Positions 31,175 through 40,380 of a DNA stretch of 64,000 bases are shown piece by piece. The notes under the pieces were generated by a model. It did no database searches. It was not told the DNA's origin and was given only the letters and a program-made list of their open reading frames with translations. The position numbers and the translations under genes are program-made. This stretch comes from Candidatus Kapaibacterium sp. (GTDB taxonomy: Bacteria; Bacteroidota; Ignavibacteria; Kapaibacteriales; UBA2268), in NCBI GenBank assembly GCA_963665665.1, contig OY762428.1:3264001-3328000 (forward strand). The letters run 5' to 3'. Each line of letters opens with the position of its first letter. Position 1 is the first letter of the stretch.

Positions 31175-32860
31175 CTATTTTATTCTTTTTACCATAAATT
31201 TTCCAAGGTGGTCTTTATCATTATATTTCAAAGAATAAATATATACTCCGCTTGTAAATTCGAATGGTATGTCCTTCAGAATAACAACTTTGTTATTCAG
31301 ATGGTTTTCCACTTCAAGTTTTTTGCTGAATATTCCGAGCATTTCTGTATTATAAATACTAAGAATAACCTCGTCGTATTCATTCAGCGCGGCCTCAACT
31401 GGAAAGTATATTGCTGAATGGTCGCCGGGAATGAACGGATTCGGATAGACATTAAGCGCGTCGGATCCGGCCATAATAAACTGCCGGTCGCATATTGTTC
31501 CGTTTTCGTTATACAATTTATAATAATAAGATGTATGCGGGATTTTGTCATATCCGGTTGTTTCGCCTTTGTTAATATTTATTGAATAAGGCGATTCCCG
31601 GTCAAATTGGAGAAAAGCTGCTTCATGGTCTGTGGATGTAATAATCAGGTCGAGTGTGTCATTTGTTTCCTCTGATCCGGCAGGCAGGATATACCTGAAT
31701 GATCTTGCCTGGTAGGCATCTAAATTGCCGATACTTTCAATAGGTTCAGAAGTATAATACTGAGTAGTATGGAACTTCAAATTGGGAAACAGCCTGGCAT
31801 CATCAAATCTCTGACCTTCGGACACAAGCGAATAATTATGCCCGGTGTAATACATCCAGGACATAAAATCACACCATGCAATATCAAGGGTTGATTCATG
31901 GCTTTTCAGTGCCATATCAAGAGCCTCGTATCCATAGTTACCTTCACCAACATACTGCCAGAATTCTAAAACGGCTTCGTCGCCAAAATTCTTATGAACA
32001 TATTGTAAAAATATTCCCCAGGCATATCCCAGGCTGGTTCTGCCGCCCCCAAAAGGAAAATCATCCAGGTTGGCAAAAAGGTAAGGCAGGTACTGGAAAA
32101 AATCTTTTACTTCGGGATATACCCTGTACTCGAACCACACGCTGGTCATTTCATTAAGCAGGCCGGTGGATTGGGTTGTAGTACCGTACCTTGCCTGTAT
32201 GGCATGATGAAATTCGTGGGCCGCAGTAACTTTCATCCCGTCGATACCTGTTGTAAAATATGTTTTATATTGATATCCGCCATCAGTAAAATAGTCATCC
32301 TCGCTGTAGTTATTGTCCATTATAATAAATGAAGTCCATCTGGGCCAGATTTTCCTGGGCTGGATTTCACGGTCGTACATTGTTACGCCGTAAATACCTT
32401 CGAACCCCGTATCGGATTCGTCCATTCCAATTTCCATTAAGTAAACATCATAAGCATCCGAAGAACCGCCACCCATATCGTCTATCGGAGATAAAAATCC
32501 AAGTTCAACAACTTCCACCTGGTAAACGTTCATAAAGTGGAATGCAACTGAATCGATATAATCAGGAAGCCCGTTATTATTATTATCAGCCGGATCAACA
32601 GCATTTATTCCAACTGTGGTGTAATGTATTCTGAAGTTCCCGTCAGGAGTGTCGTAATAATCACTTAATTGCGGCCTTTGTGCGGACAGGCTGCCTGTAA
32701 GTTTTACCATCAGTGCCCTTTTCTTTTCCGGCTCCCAGAAGGTTGCGCATTTGTCGTGATAATGGTCGGATGCATGTGCCGGTTTGGCAAAAGTATAAAC
32801 AGGGGCAAATATTATAAATGCACTAAGTATCAAAAAGCTGTGGCGAAATATTCTTTTCAT
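31175..32860 (-). CDS. Secreted zinc metalloprotease (MXAN_6640-like) with T9SS CTD
   Basis: Signal peptide, FRIHYT, AAHEFHHAIQ, NEMTS; tail VYPNPF...SGVYIY...GKFMVKR. Confidence 0.8.
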   Translation of the reverse strand: MKRIFRHSFLILSAFIIFAPVYTFAKPAHASDHYHDKCATFWEPEKKRALMVKLTGSLSAQRPQLSDYYDTPDGNFRIHYTTVGINAVDPADNNNNGLPDYIDSVAFHFMNVYQVEVVELGFLSPIDDMGGGSSDAYDVYLMEIGMDESDTGFEGIYGVTMYDREIQPRKIWPRWTSFIIMDNNYSEDDYFTDGGYQYKTYFTTGIDGMKVTAAHEFHHAIQARYGTTTQSTGLLNEMTSVWFEYRVYPEVKDFFQYLPYLFANLDDFPFGGGRTSLGYAWGIFLQYVHKNFGDEAVLEFWQYVGEGNYGYEALDMALKSHESTLDIAWCDFMSWMYYTGHNYSLVSEGQRFDDARLFPNLKFHTTQYYTSEPIESIGNLDAYQARSFRYILPAGSEETNDTLDLIITSTDHEAAFLQFDRESPYSININKGETTGYDKIPHTSYYYKLYNENGTICDRQFIMAGSDALNVYPNPFIPGDHSAIYFPVEAALNEYDEVILSIYNTEMLGIFSKKLEVENHLNNKVVILKDIPFEFTSGVYIYSLKYNDKDHLGKFMVKRIK

Positions 32861-32947
32861 AGCGGATCTGTTCTTGTTAAACAAGTAATTCCGAAAAAGA
32901 TAACTTATTCGGAATTAAATATAGCAAATTTGTATGTAAAAAACGAT

Positions 32948-33376
32948 TTATCTGAACATTTCTTTTATCATTCCCCAGGTTCTGCGAATACTGCTGACGT
33001 TGTGAGTTACGTAAACAACGTTTGTATAATCAGAACTGTTATCCCTGCGTATTATTTTCAGCCTGTAGGAATAAACGCTGTTGGAAAGAATTTCTTCTCC
33101 GTTGGGGCCCGATCTTTTAATATATGCTTTTTCGTCAATATATCTGTATGATGAAGGTTTTCCTTTTGCTTCTTCCGAAGACAGGCGCATAAAGTCGTTT
33201 TCGGTGGCGGAGCGTTCCAATTCGAACCTGACAGCGTCATTTTCGTTTATTGTGTTCCATTCCACTGTAATAACTGATCCGTCAGATTTCGCAGTGAATG
33301 ACGAGATCACACCATCGGCAGCATACAATATGCCGAAACCAACTACTAACAATATCAAAATAATTTTTGTTTTCAT
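32948..33376 (-). CDS. Small secreted Ig/FN3-like protein ending in TWGxIK motif
   Basis: Signal peptide; FTAK..VEW.T.NE...F.LERS...Y.YID...YSYRLK; C-terminus RRTWGMIKEMFR. Confidence 0.75.
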   Translation of the reverse strand: MKTKIILILLVVGFGILYAADGVISSFTAKSDGSVITVEWNTINENDAVRFELERSATENDFMRLSSEEAKGKPSSYRYIDEKAYIKRSGPNGEEILSNSVYSYRLKIIRRDNSSDYTNVVYVTHNVSSIRRTWGMIKEMFR

Positions 33377-33606
33377 ATCGCAAATTTATTAATAAGATTA
33401 TTAATTTCCAAACATTTAATAAAAATTAACCAAATCCTGATCTTATCTTCTTAATTTCCCTTTTATAATATTACACTTTGAAAATATATTCGTTACAAAA
33501 TTATAATTATTTTATTCTCTTTTCGTTCTTTACAGCTATATGTTATAATTACTATAACGAAATTTATGCCAAAAAGTAACGGATAGAATTAAAAATAAGG
33601 AGAATT

Positions 33607-33993
33607 ATGAGCTACTACATCAGCAAAAAAGTTGATTACACATTCGATGAAGCAATAGAAAAGATCACATCTAAGCTACAGGATGAAGGATTCGGCATTG
33701 TTACTGAAATAAACATTAGCAATACTTTTAAAATGAAACTCGATGTTGATTTCAGAAATTACAGGATCCTTGGTGCGTGCAATCCCGGATTTGCACATAA
33801 AGCACTCGGGTTCGAGGATAAGATTGGAACGATGCTTCCCTGCAATGTTATCGTCCAGGAAACAGAGGATGGCAAATGTGAAATCGCGGCCGTAGACCCT
33901 GTTGCATCTATGATGGCTGTTGATAACAATGGTGTTAAGGAAATTGCCGGAATAATCAAGGAGAAACTTCAAAATGCCATTGAAAAGGTATAA
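33607..33993 (+). CDS. DUF302 family protein
   Basis: GFGIVTEI, YRILGACNP, IGTMLPCNVIV. SD AAGGAG. Confidence 0.9.
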   Translation: MSYYISKKVDYTFDEAIEKITSKLQDEGFGIVTEINISNTFKMKLDVDFRNYRILGACNPGFAHKALGFEDKIGTMLPCNVIVQETEDGKCEIAAVDPVASMMAVDNNGVKEIAGIIKEKLQNAIEKV

Positions 33994-34078
33994 GTTTTAA
34001 TAATTATACATCAGCACTCAGAAATCCGGGATGTTGTGTATTCTGCATGTTTCAAAAATACTTACCTTAATTATTCCC

Positions 34079-34133
34079 GCCCATTCCTGTTCCTGACTTC
34101 CTGGAGTTATTATCAGGGATGGGCAGCTTTTTT
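34079..34133 (+). terminator. Possible terminator hairpin
   Basis: GCCCATTCCTG...CAGGGATGGGC followed by AGCTTTTTT. Confidence 0.45.
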
Positions 34134-34349
34134 ATCAAATAAGAAAATAATTTTATTGCTACACTCAATCGGAACGAAAACTTCATTTTCTAAAAGGTCT
34201 TCTTTTTTAATAATTAATTGAAGGAGAAGCATCTTTAAGATCATAAATCATAACTAATATCATATTTAAGGTCGGTATGATGCTGAAACCCTGCTAAATA
34301 ACTTTCGTTTTATTCAGTAAAGTAGTTATCTGAACAGCGGAGGTAAAAA

Positions 34350-35060
34350 ATGAAAAAGATTCAAATAATCATGGCATTGGGGTTGATCATTATCCTGGCT
34401 TCATGTACCCACACGAACAATCTTTCCCAATTCAATCTGAACGGACAGAAAGTCTTTTTCGATAATATTGCATCTGCCAGGGGTTCGGCCACGAGAATAT
34501 ATTATAATGAAAAGTTTGATGAAGGTAAAGACGAGAAGCAACAGTTAATAGAATTTGTTGCCACAGCGGTGGGCAAGGCCATACTGTCGTCTGAAACCGA
34601 GAAGAAACTTCTTGCAGCTGTGGATGCCGGGGAACTGGCAGAAAAAATCTCTGACGGTATGGAAAGTTCCATGGTGAAGTACCTTATGATAAGGCCTTCG
34701 AAAAGCTTAGATGCTGAAACAAGATTTATCTGCACAACCAGGCTCAGGGAATGCAATATAGTTTCCTCGCCTGCGGGAGTATATGTATATGCAAAGGCCA
34801 CATGTGAAATCACCGACCGCAGTACAGGGGCTATTGTTTGGGATAATACCGAGACAGAAAGATTCTATATCCGCAGGTCTGTGGCTGGAGCTGTGGGAGA
34901 AATAAACGAGAATGCCGGGAAAATTGCGCAGAGCATTGAACTGATAAGCGTATCAACAGAACAGATAAAAGAAAACGTACACGGTGCTGCCAGCGAACTT
35001 GGCTATGAAATGGCAGGCCAGCTGCGCGAAGATATAGCTGCTGCCTATGCAGAAAAATAA
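34350..35060 (+). CDS. Hypothetical lipoprotein
   Basis: Lipobox ILASC; SD GGAGG. Confidence 0.75.
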   Translation: MKKIQIIMALGLIIILASCTHTNNLSQFNLNGQKVFFDNIASARGSATRIYYNEKFDEGKDEKQQLIEFVATAVGKAILSSETEKKLLAAVDAGELAEKISDGMESSMVKYLMIRPSKSLDAETRFICTTRLRECNIVSSPAGVYVYAKATCEITDRSTGAIVWDNTETERFYIRRSVAGAVGEINENAGKIAQSIELISVSTEQIKENVHGAASELGYEMAGQLREDIAAAYAEK

Positions 35061-35093
35061 TCCTGATAGTCATTTCCAAATCAATTATTATGT

Positions 35094-35121
35094 CCCCGCG
35101 GCTCCTGCGGGGCTTTTTTTT
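35094..35121 (+). terminator. Intrinsic terminator
   Basis: CCCCGCGG-CTC-CTGCGGGG-C-TTTTTTTT. Confidence 0.75.
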
Positions 35122-35151
35122 GTATAAAAAAGCAGAGTGCCAATTTTTCTG

Positions 35152-35394
35152 TCAGTCGAAATCCTTTTCCAGCATGGCAAAATCCGATTCGAGATACTCC
35201 ATCTGGTTGCGGAACCAGGTACGCGCGTCAATAAGAGCCTGATTATAAATTAGCGGGGCGAGCTTTGCAGTAAAAAAATCCAGCAGCATGTCGGCTGCAA
35301 GATCGCCTATTGATTCGTCTCTCTCTTTTTCAAAATACTGTTTTATTGCTTCAATTGCTGCCTGTTTTGTTTCTTCGGTAAATTCTATACTCAT
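35152..35394 (-). CDS. DUF2164 family protein
   Basis: IKQYFEKERDESIGDLAADMLLDFF...IYNQAL.DA. Confidence 0.85.
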   Translation of the reverse strand: MSIEFTEETKQAAIEAIKQYFEKERDESIGDLAADMLLDFFTAKLAPLIYNQALIDARTWFRNQMEYLESDFAMLEKDFD

Positions 35395-35467
35395 CTTAGT
35401 TTTTGCGAATTATTAAGAAAAAATTTCCCATACCCGAATTTGATTCTTTGCAAATTCCTTATAATAT

Positions 35468-36490
35468 TTATTTCCCGCAATATGACCTGATATCCGGATC
35501 AAGTAATTGTATCCTTGCATCAATCCCGAATCTTTTCATCGGCTGGCAACTATAAATTATTGAATCATTCCTTATAATATTTATTTTGTAATCCGAACCA
35601 AGCTGATTGGCAATATAGGCTAAAGTCTGGAATTCGGCAAAATCCTCGGCCCAGTTATAAATTGAATACAAAGAAAGCAGCGGTGAGCTTTCAAGTTCTT
35701 TATAATATTTCTCCGCGTCTTCGATTTTAATCTTCGGGCCGTTGCCGAATCCATAAAAAGTTACCAGATCTTTATTCGGATATTCATAATCAAGAAGCAG
35801 TTCATCGTAGTCTGCCCAAACAGAATAAGTAAATGCACAATTGCCGGGATTTTCACCAAACTTATCAAAAATTGCCGGCTCTACCCAGGGAGTATATCTG
35901 AAGCTATAGTCAAGGGCATGACCTGCCTCATGCATGAATATATAAAGGAATCCCGGAAGTTCGGTATCCATTTCGTATTCAATTCTCATATTATCGGCCG
36001 GGATGAAGCAGGTGTTTTCTTTATAAGCAAGTAGTTCCGGAAGGTTTTTGTTAAAAACGGAATAATTGAGAACAATATAGGTATAGACTTCATCATTTGA
36101 AGAAAGGATAAAATCTGTCAAACCGCTGCCCCAAAAATCATTGATGAAATAGATGCCCACAAGCCTTTCTTTTAGTGCATTTTTCATATATTCCGGGAGC
36201 ATATCCAGGGTTTGTTCAATTATTAGATTCTGATTTTCCGTGGGTGTATAGGAAATGTAATCAGGCCTACCATCCAATTCCTTCAGATAATCCAGAACAA
36301 AATCCGGGCAATCGGTTACCCTGTCTTCAAGACTGGATTGAGGATTGAAGTTATAATTTGCCAGAACTCTAACAGGGTCGGGATTATTTTCGACTGGATT
36401 GCTGCTGTTATCATCATCAGAGCAGGAGGAGAAAAAAATAGTAACGGATATTATTAGTAGCTGAATTAATAAACTGTTGATACTTTTCAT
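35468..36490 (-). CDS. Lipoprotein, putative zinc metallopeptidase
   Basis: Lipobox FFSSC; HEAGH; downstream EDFAE. Confidence 0.75.
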   Translation of the reverse strand: MKSINSLLIQLLIISVTIFFSSCSDDDNSSNPVENNPDPVRVLANYNFNPQSSLEDRVTDCPDFVLDYLKELDGRPDYISYTPTENQNLIIEQTLDMLPEYMKNALKERLVGIYFINDFWGSGLTDFILSSNDEVYTYIVLNYSVFNKNLPELLAYKENTCFIPADNMRIEYEMDTELPGFLYIFMHEAGHALDYSFRYTPWVEPAIFDKFGENPGNCAFTYSVWADYDELLLDYEYPNKDLVTFYGFGNGPKIKIEDAEKYYKELESSPLLSLYSIYNWAEDFAEFQTLAYIANQLGSDYKINIIRNDSIIYSCQPMKRFGIDARIQLLDPDIRSYCGK

Positions 36491-36581
36491 AAAAAGACTC
36501 TCATTATTACAAATGTTTAATTTTCAAAAAATACATTTTTATATAATAAAATTCAATTATTTTACAAAATCATTCCAAAAT

Positions 36582-36621
36582 AAAAAAAGGCTCCCCTGTT
36601 TTTAAGGTAGGAAGGGAGCCT
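36582..36621 (-). terminator. Intrinsic terminator
   Basis: AAAAAAA-GGCTCCC...GGGAGCC. Confidence 0.6.
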
Positions 36622-36653
36622 GTGTGTGAATTGGAATTGAATTTTTACAAGTA

Positions 36654-39569
36654 TCAGTGTTTGATAATTCTTGCAACAGTAGATTTAAAGCCATCGCTTA
36701 ATTGAACGAAATATGTTCCGGCCGATACTTCATTCCCTGACATGTTAATACCATTCCAGAAAAAACCCGCGCCTGAATAATTATTTTTTAGATATACGAC
36801 AGTTCCGTTGATATCCATTATTGTTATGTCACAATTACCTGAAAATTCACTCAGATCAATATTTATTTTATTTTCAAAAGGGTTGGGATAGGCAATAAGT
36901 TCCGGGCTTGTTTCATTATCTTCAACACTATTAACAATTTCCTCGTTCGTTGTAAGTATTTCAAAGTCATCAACAAGAACTTCACACATTGGCGGGAACC
37001 AACTGTTTGACGGATTATTTGCAATTATCCTGATCTTGAAATTTTCACTCAGTTCAAGATAGTCCTCCACTTTGAACTGTAATTTGCGCCATTCAAAGAT
37101 CGGGTCGTCCAATTTTGCTATCCTTGTCCATGTGGTTCCGTTGTCATTCGAAGCTTCAATAGCAACTGTTGCTTCTGATAAGCTCATTAATTCAATTACA
37201 TTGAACAAATTCCATATTCTTACAACCGGAGATTCCAGTACTGAAATATCAAAAGCCGGAGAATTCAGTGTGGTTTTTCCCACTAATATGCCGTCAAGCA
37301 TGCTTTGTCCGCCTTTAGCACCTGTTACATAGCACTTATCGCCATTCTCGCTATGATCTTCACCCGGCTGTACAAATCCAATGCCCCATTCTGACAGGTC
37401 CACTTCTTCCGGTATGCCACGTTCCCACCGCCCGGATTGTGCGTTATCACTTGTTGAACCGGTTAACCAGCCGGTTTCTTCCTCGAAATCATCATAATAT
37501 GCAGTGTGGTAGCCAACAAGAAAGTCGAAAGGTATGAATGAAGATTTTGCCGCGCTAAAAAGAATTTCTTCTTTAGCTGCCGGGTCGTAAGCTGTGAAAT
37601 AATATTTTACTAAACTACCTTTGGGCTGAGCAGGGATTTCAGCTTTGTAATCATTTTCACCATCTTTTGCAGCAAAAATTCTGTGTGTTGTTTCAAAATT
37701 GTCAGTTGAATAATACAATGACACTGAATCCGGAACTGAACCAAGAGATTTAAGGCTTATTATACTAAATTCCGCAATATAGGGATTAACCAGTTCAGGA
37801 GTATCTTTTAAGGCTTCGTGAGTAAAATTTGACTGCATGTAGAGGTCTGTTCCGATATTATGGCGGTTAAAAGCCCTGATAATAATATCAGCATTGGGAA
37901 CGCCATTGCTTAGGTCTCCGTCGTCATCTGCTGATACGAGAGTTTCAATAAACCATTCATAAAGAGCAACGCCGTCGTTGGGGTCGTCAGGAGTTCCGTA
38001 TAAAGCAAAATGAGAAAGTTTGGCTACATATTCAAGGGATGTTTCCTTCCTAATATCCCAGAATGCACCGCTAAGAACCTGCCCGTCGTGATGGGATTCA
38101 CCAATAAGACTGTCAGGATAAATAACATCGTTCTCAAGGTTTCTCATAATCCTGTCGGGTTCGTTTGTAAATGCTCCCAGGCCAAGTTTCGGTTCATCAA
38201 TAATGAGTGCTGCCAACAGATCTGCAAGAGCTTCCTGAGTAAGCATATTGAACATATCATCATGACCCAGATAATTGTAGAGCAGTGTGTTGATGGAATG
38301 GCCATATTCATGGTAAAGTACAAAGGGGCTTTCCACAAACCTGTATTCGTCATCCGAGCATCCGATAAACTGGATAGTATCTGCATTTGAAAAGGCGTTA
38401 GCTCCGCCCATTGATGAATTGTAGTCTATAAGTACAGTCATCGGAATATCCATGCACGACATTTCAGGATCAACGTTTTTAATATAATCATGGACAATAT
38501 TAGTATGAAAGAACAGCATCCTTTCGAAAAGGTGTGAATTAGTATCATTTAGGTTAATATTATTTTCACCGGGGATAACAGTTCCGGTTATGACGCTGCT
38601 GTTTCCTGCTTTCATTTTTACATTGGCATAAGGCCCTTCGAATTTAATCTCGTATTCTGCATCACTGTCAATGTCGAAATTAAATTTTCCTTCCTGGCCG
38701 GTTGTATAAATATTGTTGTTGATTTTTACGTTCAGTCCGGTAAAGTTATAAGTATCAATTTCATCAAGTGCACTTGCTCTTTTAATTTTACCATTAATCT
38801 GAAGTTCACTTTCAACATTATGAATCATATTTTTTCTGCTAAGCACATTTCCGTTGCCGGCATCAACAAAGGTTCTGTATCTGTCGATACCTGATTTAAC
38901 TATCATGGGATAAACAAGGCGGCAATTAACTTTTCCGTTATTTCTGACTGGTAATATCTTTACTTCTCCGGAACCTTGAACAGTAGCCTTGTTTGATTTC
39001 GATATTCCTTCCATAGCATTTGTACATGCACTGGAAAAAGATAAAGCAGGTACCAGGCTGATATCTATATCATTATAAAATGAGACACCGAACATCATCA
39101 GGTTACCATTCTCGTGGATTCGAAGCTCAACTTCGGAAAGAAGTACTTCAATATTGTTAAAATACTGCTTGTAGGAAACATACCAAATATTGTTTCTTTT
39201 AATTGCTTTTACAAGTTTCAAATCTTCGGGCTTGATATTCATAACTTCAGCATTTTCATCCAGGAAGCGCATGGAAATATCTTCAATATTTTCAATTGTA
39301 ATGTTTTGGGATATATTCAGCTTAATTGCCTTGCCTATTGCACGGTGGGGGGTGCCTGTAGCCTTGTCCAGCAGTATCGACCATTTTCCGTGTATGCTTT
39401 GGAAGTTTTTCCATAAGGAAGCCTTTGTGCTTCTTTCAGCGGATATTAAATCTGTGTGGCTTTTGTTTAATTCTTCAGGCAGAAAAATTTCGTTATTATC
39501 TGATCTGCTACTTGCGGTGGCAATGAAAAATATCCCGATTATTAAGAAAATATTCCATCTCATCGTCAT
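36654..39569 (-). CDS. Secreted M4/M36-type (thermolysin/fungalysin-like) metallopeptidase with propeptide, accessory beta domain and T9SS CTD
   Basis: Signal peptide, FTP/PepSY-like propeptide (VDAGNGNVL), HEYGH, EALAD, ESHHDG; tail AYPNPF...SAGTYFVQL...RIIKH. Confidence 0.85.
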   Translation of the reverse strand: MTMRWNIFLIIGIFFIATASSRSDNNEIFLPEELNKSHTDLISAERSTKASLWKNFQSIHGKWSILLDKATGTPHRAIGKAIKLNISQNITIENIEDISMRFLDENAEVMNIKPEDLKLVKAIKRNNIWYVSYKQYFNNIEVLLSEVELRIHENGNLMMFGVSFYNDIDISLVPALSFSSACTNAMEGISKSNKATVQGSGEVKILPVRNNGKVNCRLVYPMIVKSGIDRYRTFVDAGNGNVLSRKNMIHNVESELQINGKIKRASALDEIDTYNFTGLNVKINNNIYTTGQEGKFNFDIDSDAEYEIKFEGPYANVKMKAGNSSVITGTVIPGENNINLNDTNSHLFERMLFFHTNIVHDYIKNVDPEMSCMDIPMTVLIDYNSSMGGANAFSNADTIQFIGCSDDEYRFVESPFVLYHEYGHSINTLLYNYLGHDDMFNMLTQEALADLLAALIIDEPKLGLGAFTNEPDRIMRNLENDVIYPDSLIGESHHDGQVLSGAFWDIRKETSLEYVAKLSHFALYGTPDDPNDGVALYEWFIETLVSADDDGDLSNGVPNADIIIRAFNRHNIGTDLYMQSNFTHEALKDTPELVNPYIAEFSIISLKSLGSVPDSVSLYYSTDNFETTHRIFAAKDGENDYKAEIPAQPKGSLVKYYFTAYDPAAKEEILFSAAKSSFIPFDFLVGYHTAYYDDFEEETGWLTGSTSDNAQSGRWERGIPEEVDLSEWGIGFVQPGEDHSENGDKCYVTGAKGGQSMLDGILVGKTTLNSPAFDISVLESPVVRIWNLFNVIELMSLSEATVAIEASNDNGTTWTRIAKLDDPIFEWRKLQFKVEDYLELSENFKIRIIANNPSNSWFPPMCEVLVDDFEILTTNEEIVNSVEDNETSPELIAYPNPFENKINIDLSEFSGNCDITIMDINGTVVYLKNNYSGAGFFWNGINMSGNEVSAGTYFVQLSDGFKSTVARIIKH

Positions 39570-39929
39570 TTCTCCTTGAGTTTATATTGATTCCTGATAA
39601 TTATTTTCAGGTTTTTATTTTCCACACATACACACAAAGTTTCGGGGTGTTGCAAATAAGAAAAAAAATTATTGATCTGATTAAATTTTTTTGCTGATAA
39701 AAAATGTAATTATATTTCTGTTTAAATGTTTTTAAAACATTGAAATTATATTCATATACGTTGTTGGGTCTGTATAGTAGCGGTTTTCAGGAGAAAAAAA
39801 TAATCTAAAAAATTAAAAAAAATATTTGCAGGGAATAATAGAATTCCTTAATATTGCACTCCCTATTTGAACGGGCGCTATAGAACAGTGAAATTGGAAG
39901 AGATCTTTGAAAATAATTTTGAAACAAAA

Positions 39930-39961
39930 TTTGGAAAAGAAAAAAAAAAGTCTTATTTTTG
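39930..39961 (+). promoter_or_regulatory. Bacteroidota-type promoter for tRNA-Gly
   Basis: TTTG 39930-39933, N20, TATTTTTG 39954-39961. Confidence 0.65.
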
Positions 39962-39980
39962 TTTCGAAACTGATTAATAA

Positions 39981-40053
39981 GCGAAAGTAGCTCAGTTGGT
40001 AGAGCATAACCTTGCCAAGGTTAGGGTCGCGAGTTCGAGTCTCGTCTTTCGCT
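39981..40053 (+). tRNA. tRNA-Gly (anticodon GCC), CCA not encoded
   Basis: Full cloverleaf: acceptor GCGAAAG/CTTTCGC, D-arm GCTC/GAGC, anticodon arm TAACC-TTGCCAA-GGTTA, T-loop TTCGAGT, discriminator T. Confidence 0.97.
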
Positions 40054-40088
40054 CGACGACACAAGTCGTCTCTTCCTCTTTATGCTGC

Positions 40089-40132
40089 ATGCCTTGCCGT
40101 CATGTCCCCCCGATGGTAAGGCATTTTTTTTT
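40089..40132 (+). terminator. Intrinsic terminator after tRNA-Gly
   Basis: ATGCCTTGCCGTC...GATGGTAAGGCAT followed by a T-run. Confidence 0.75.
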
Positions 40133-40380
40133 ACAATATATAACATTAGTCCAGCGTCGGTTATTATTAGTTTAGGATAACCGAAAAATTAAAATCTTCT
40201 TTTATTGTAACTTTTTTTTAATATCTTTGTTCTTATTATACAGACAAAACGAAAATTGACAACAAATGCAACCGAATTTATAGACAGATTTATACTTATT
40301 TTATATATTTGCATGTGCGAAATGCAAAATGATGACAGGCGGTTTGGCCTTGTTTTGTTATAGTAAAGTCAGGATTGATT

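Noticed and set aside
39813-40064. 83-aa minus-strand ORF
   Set aside because: Antisense to tRNA-Gly and its promoter.
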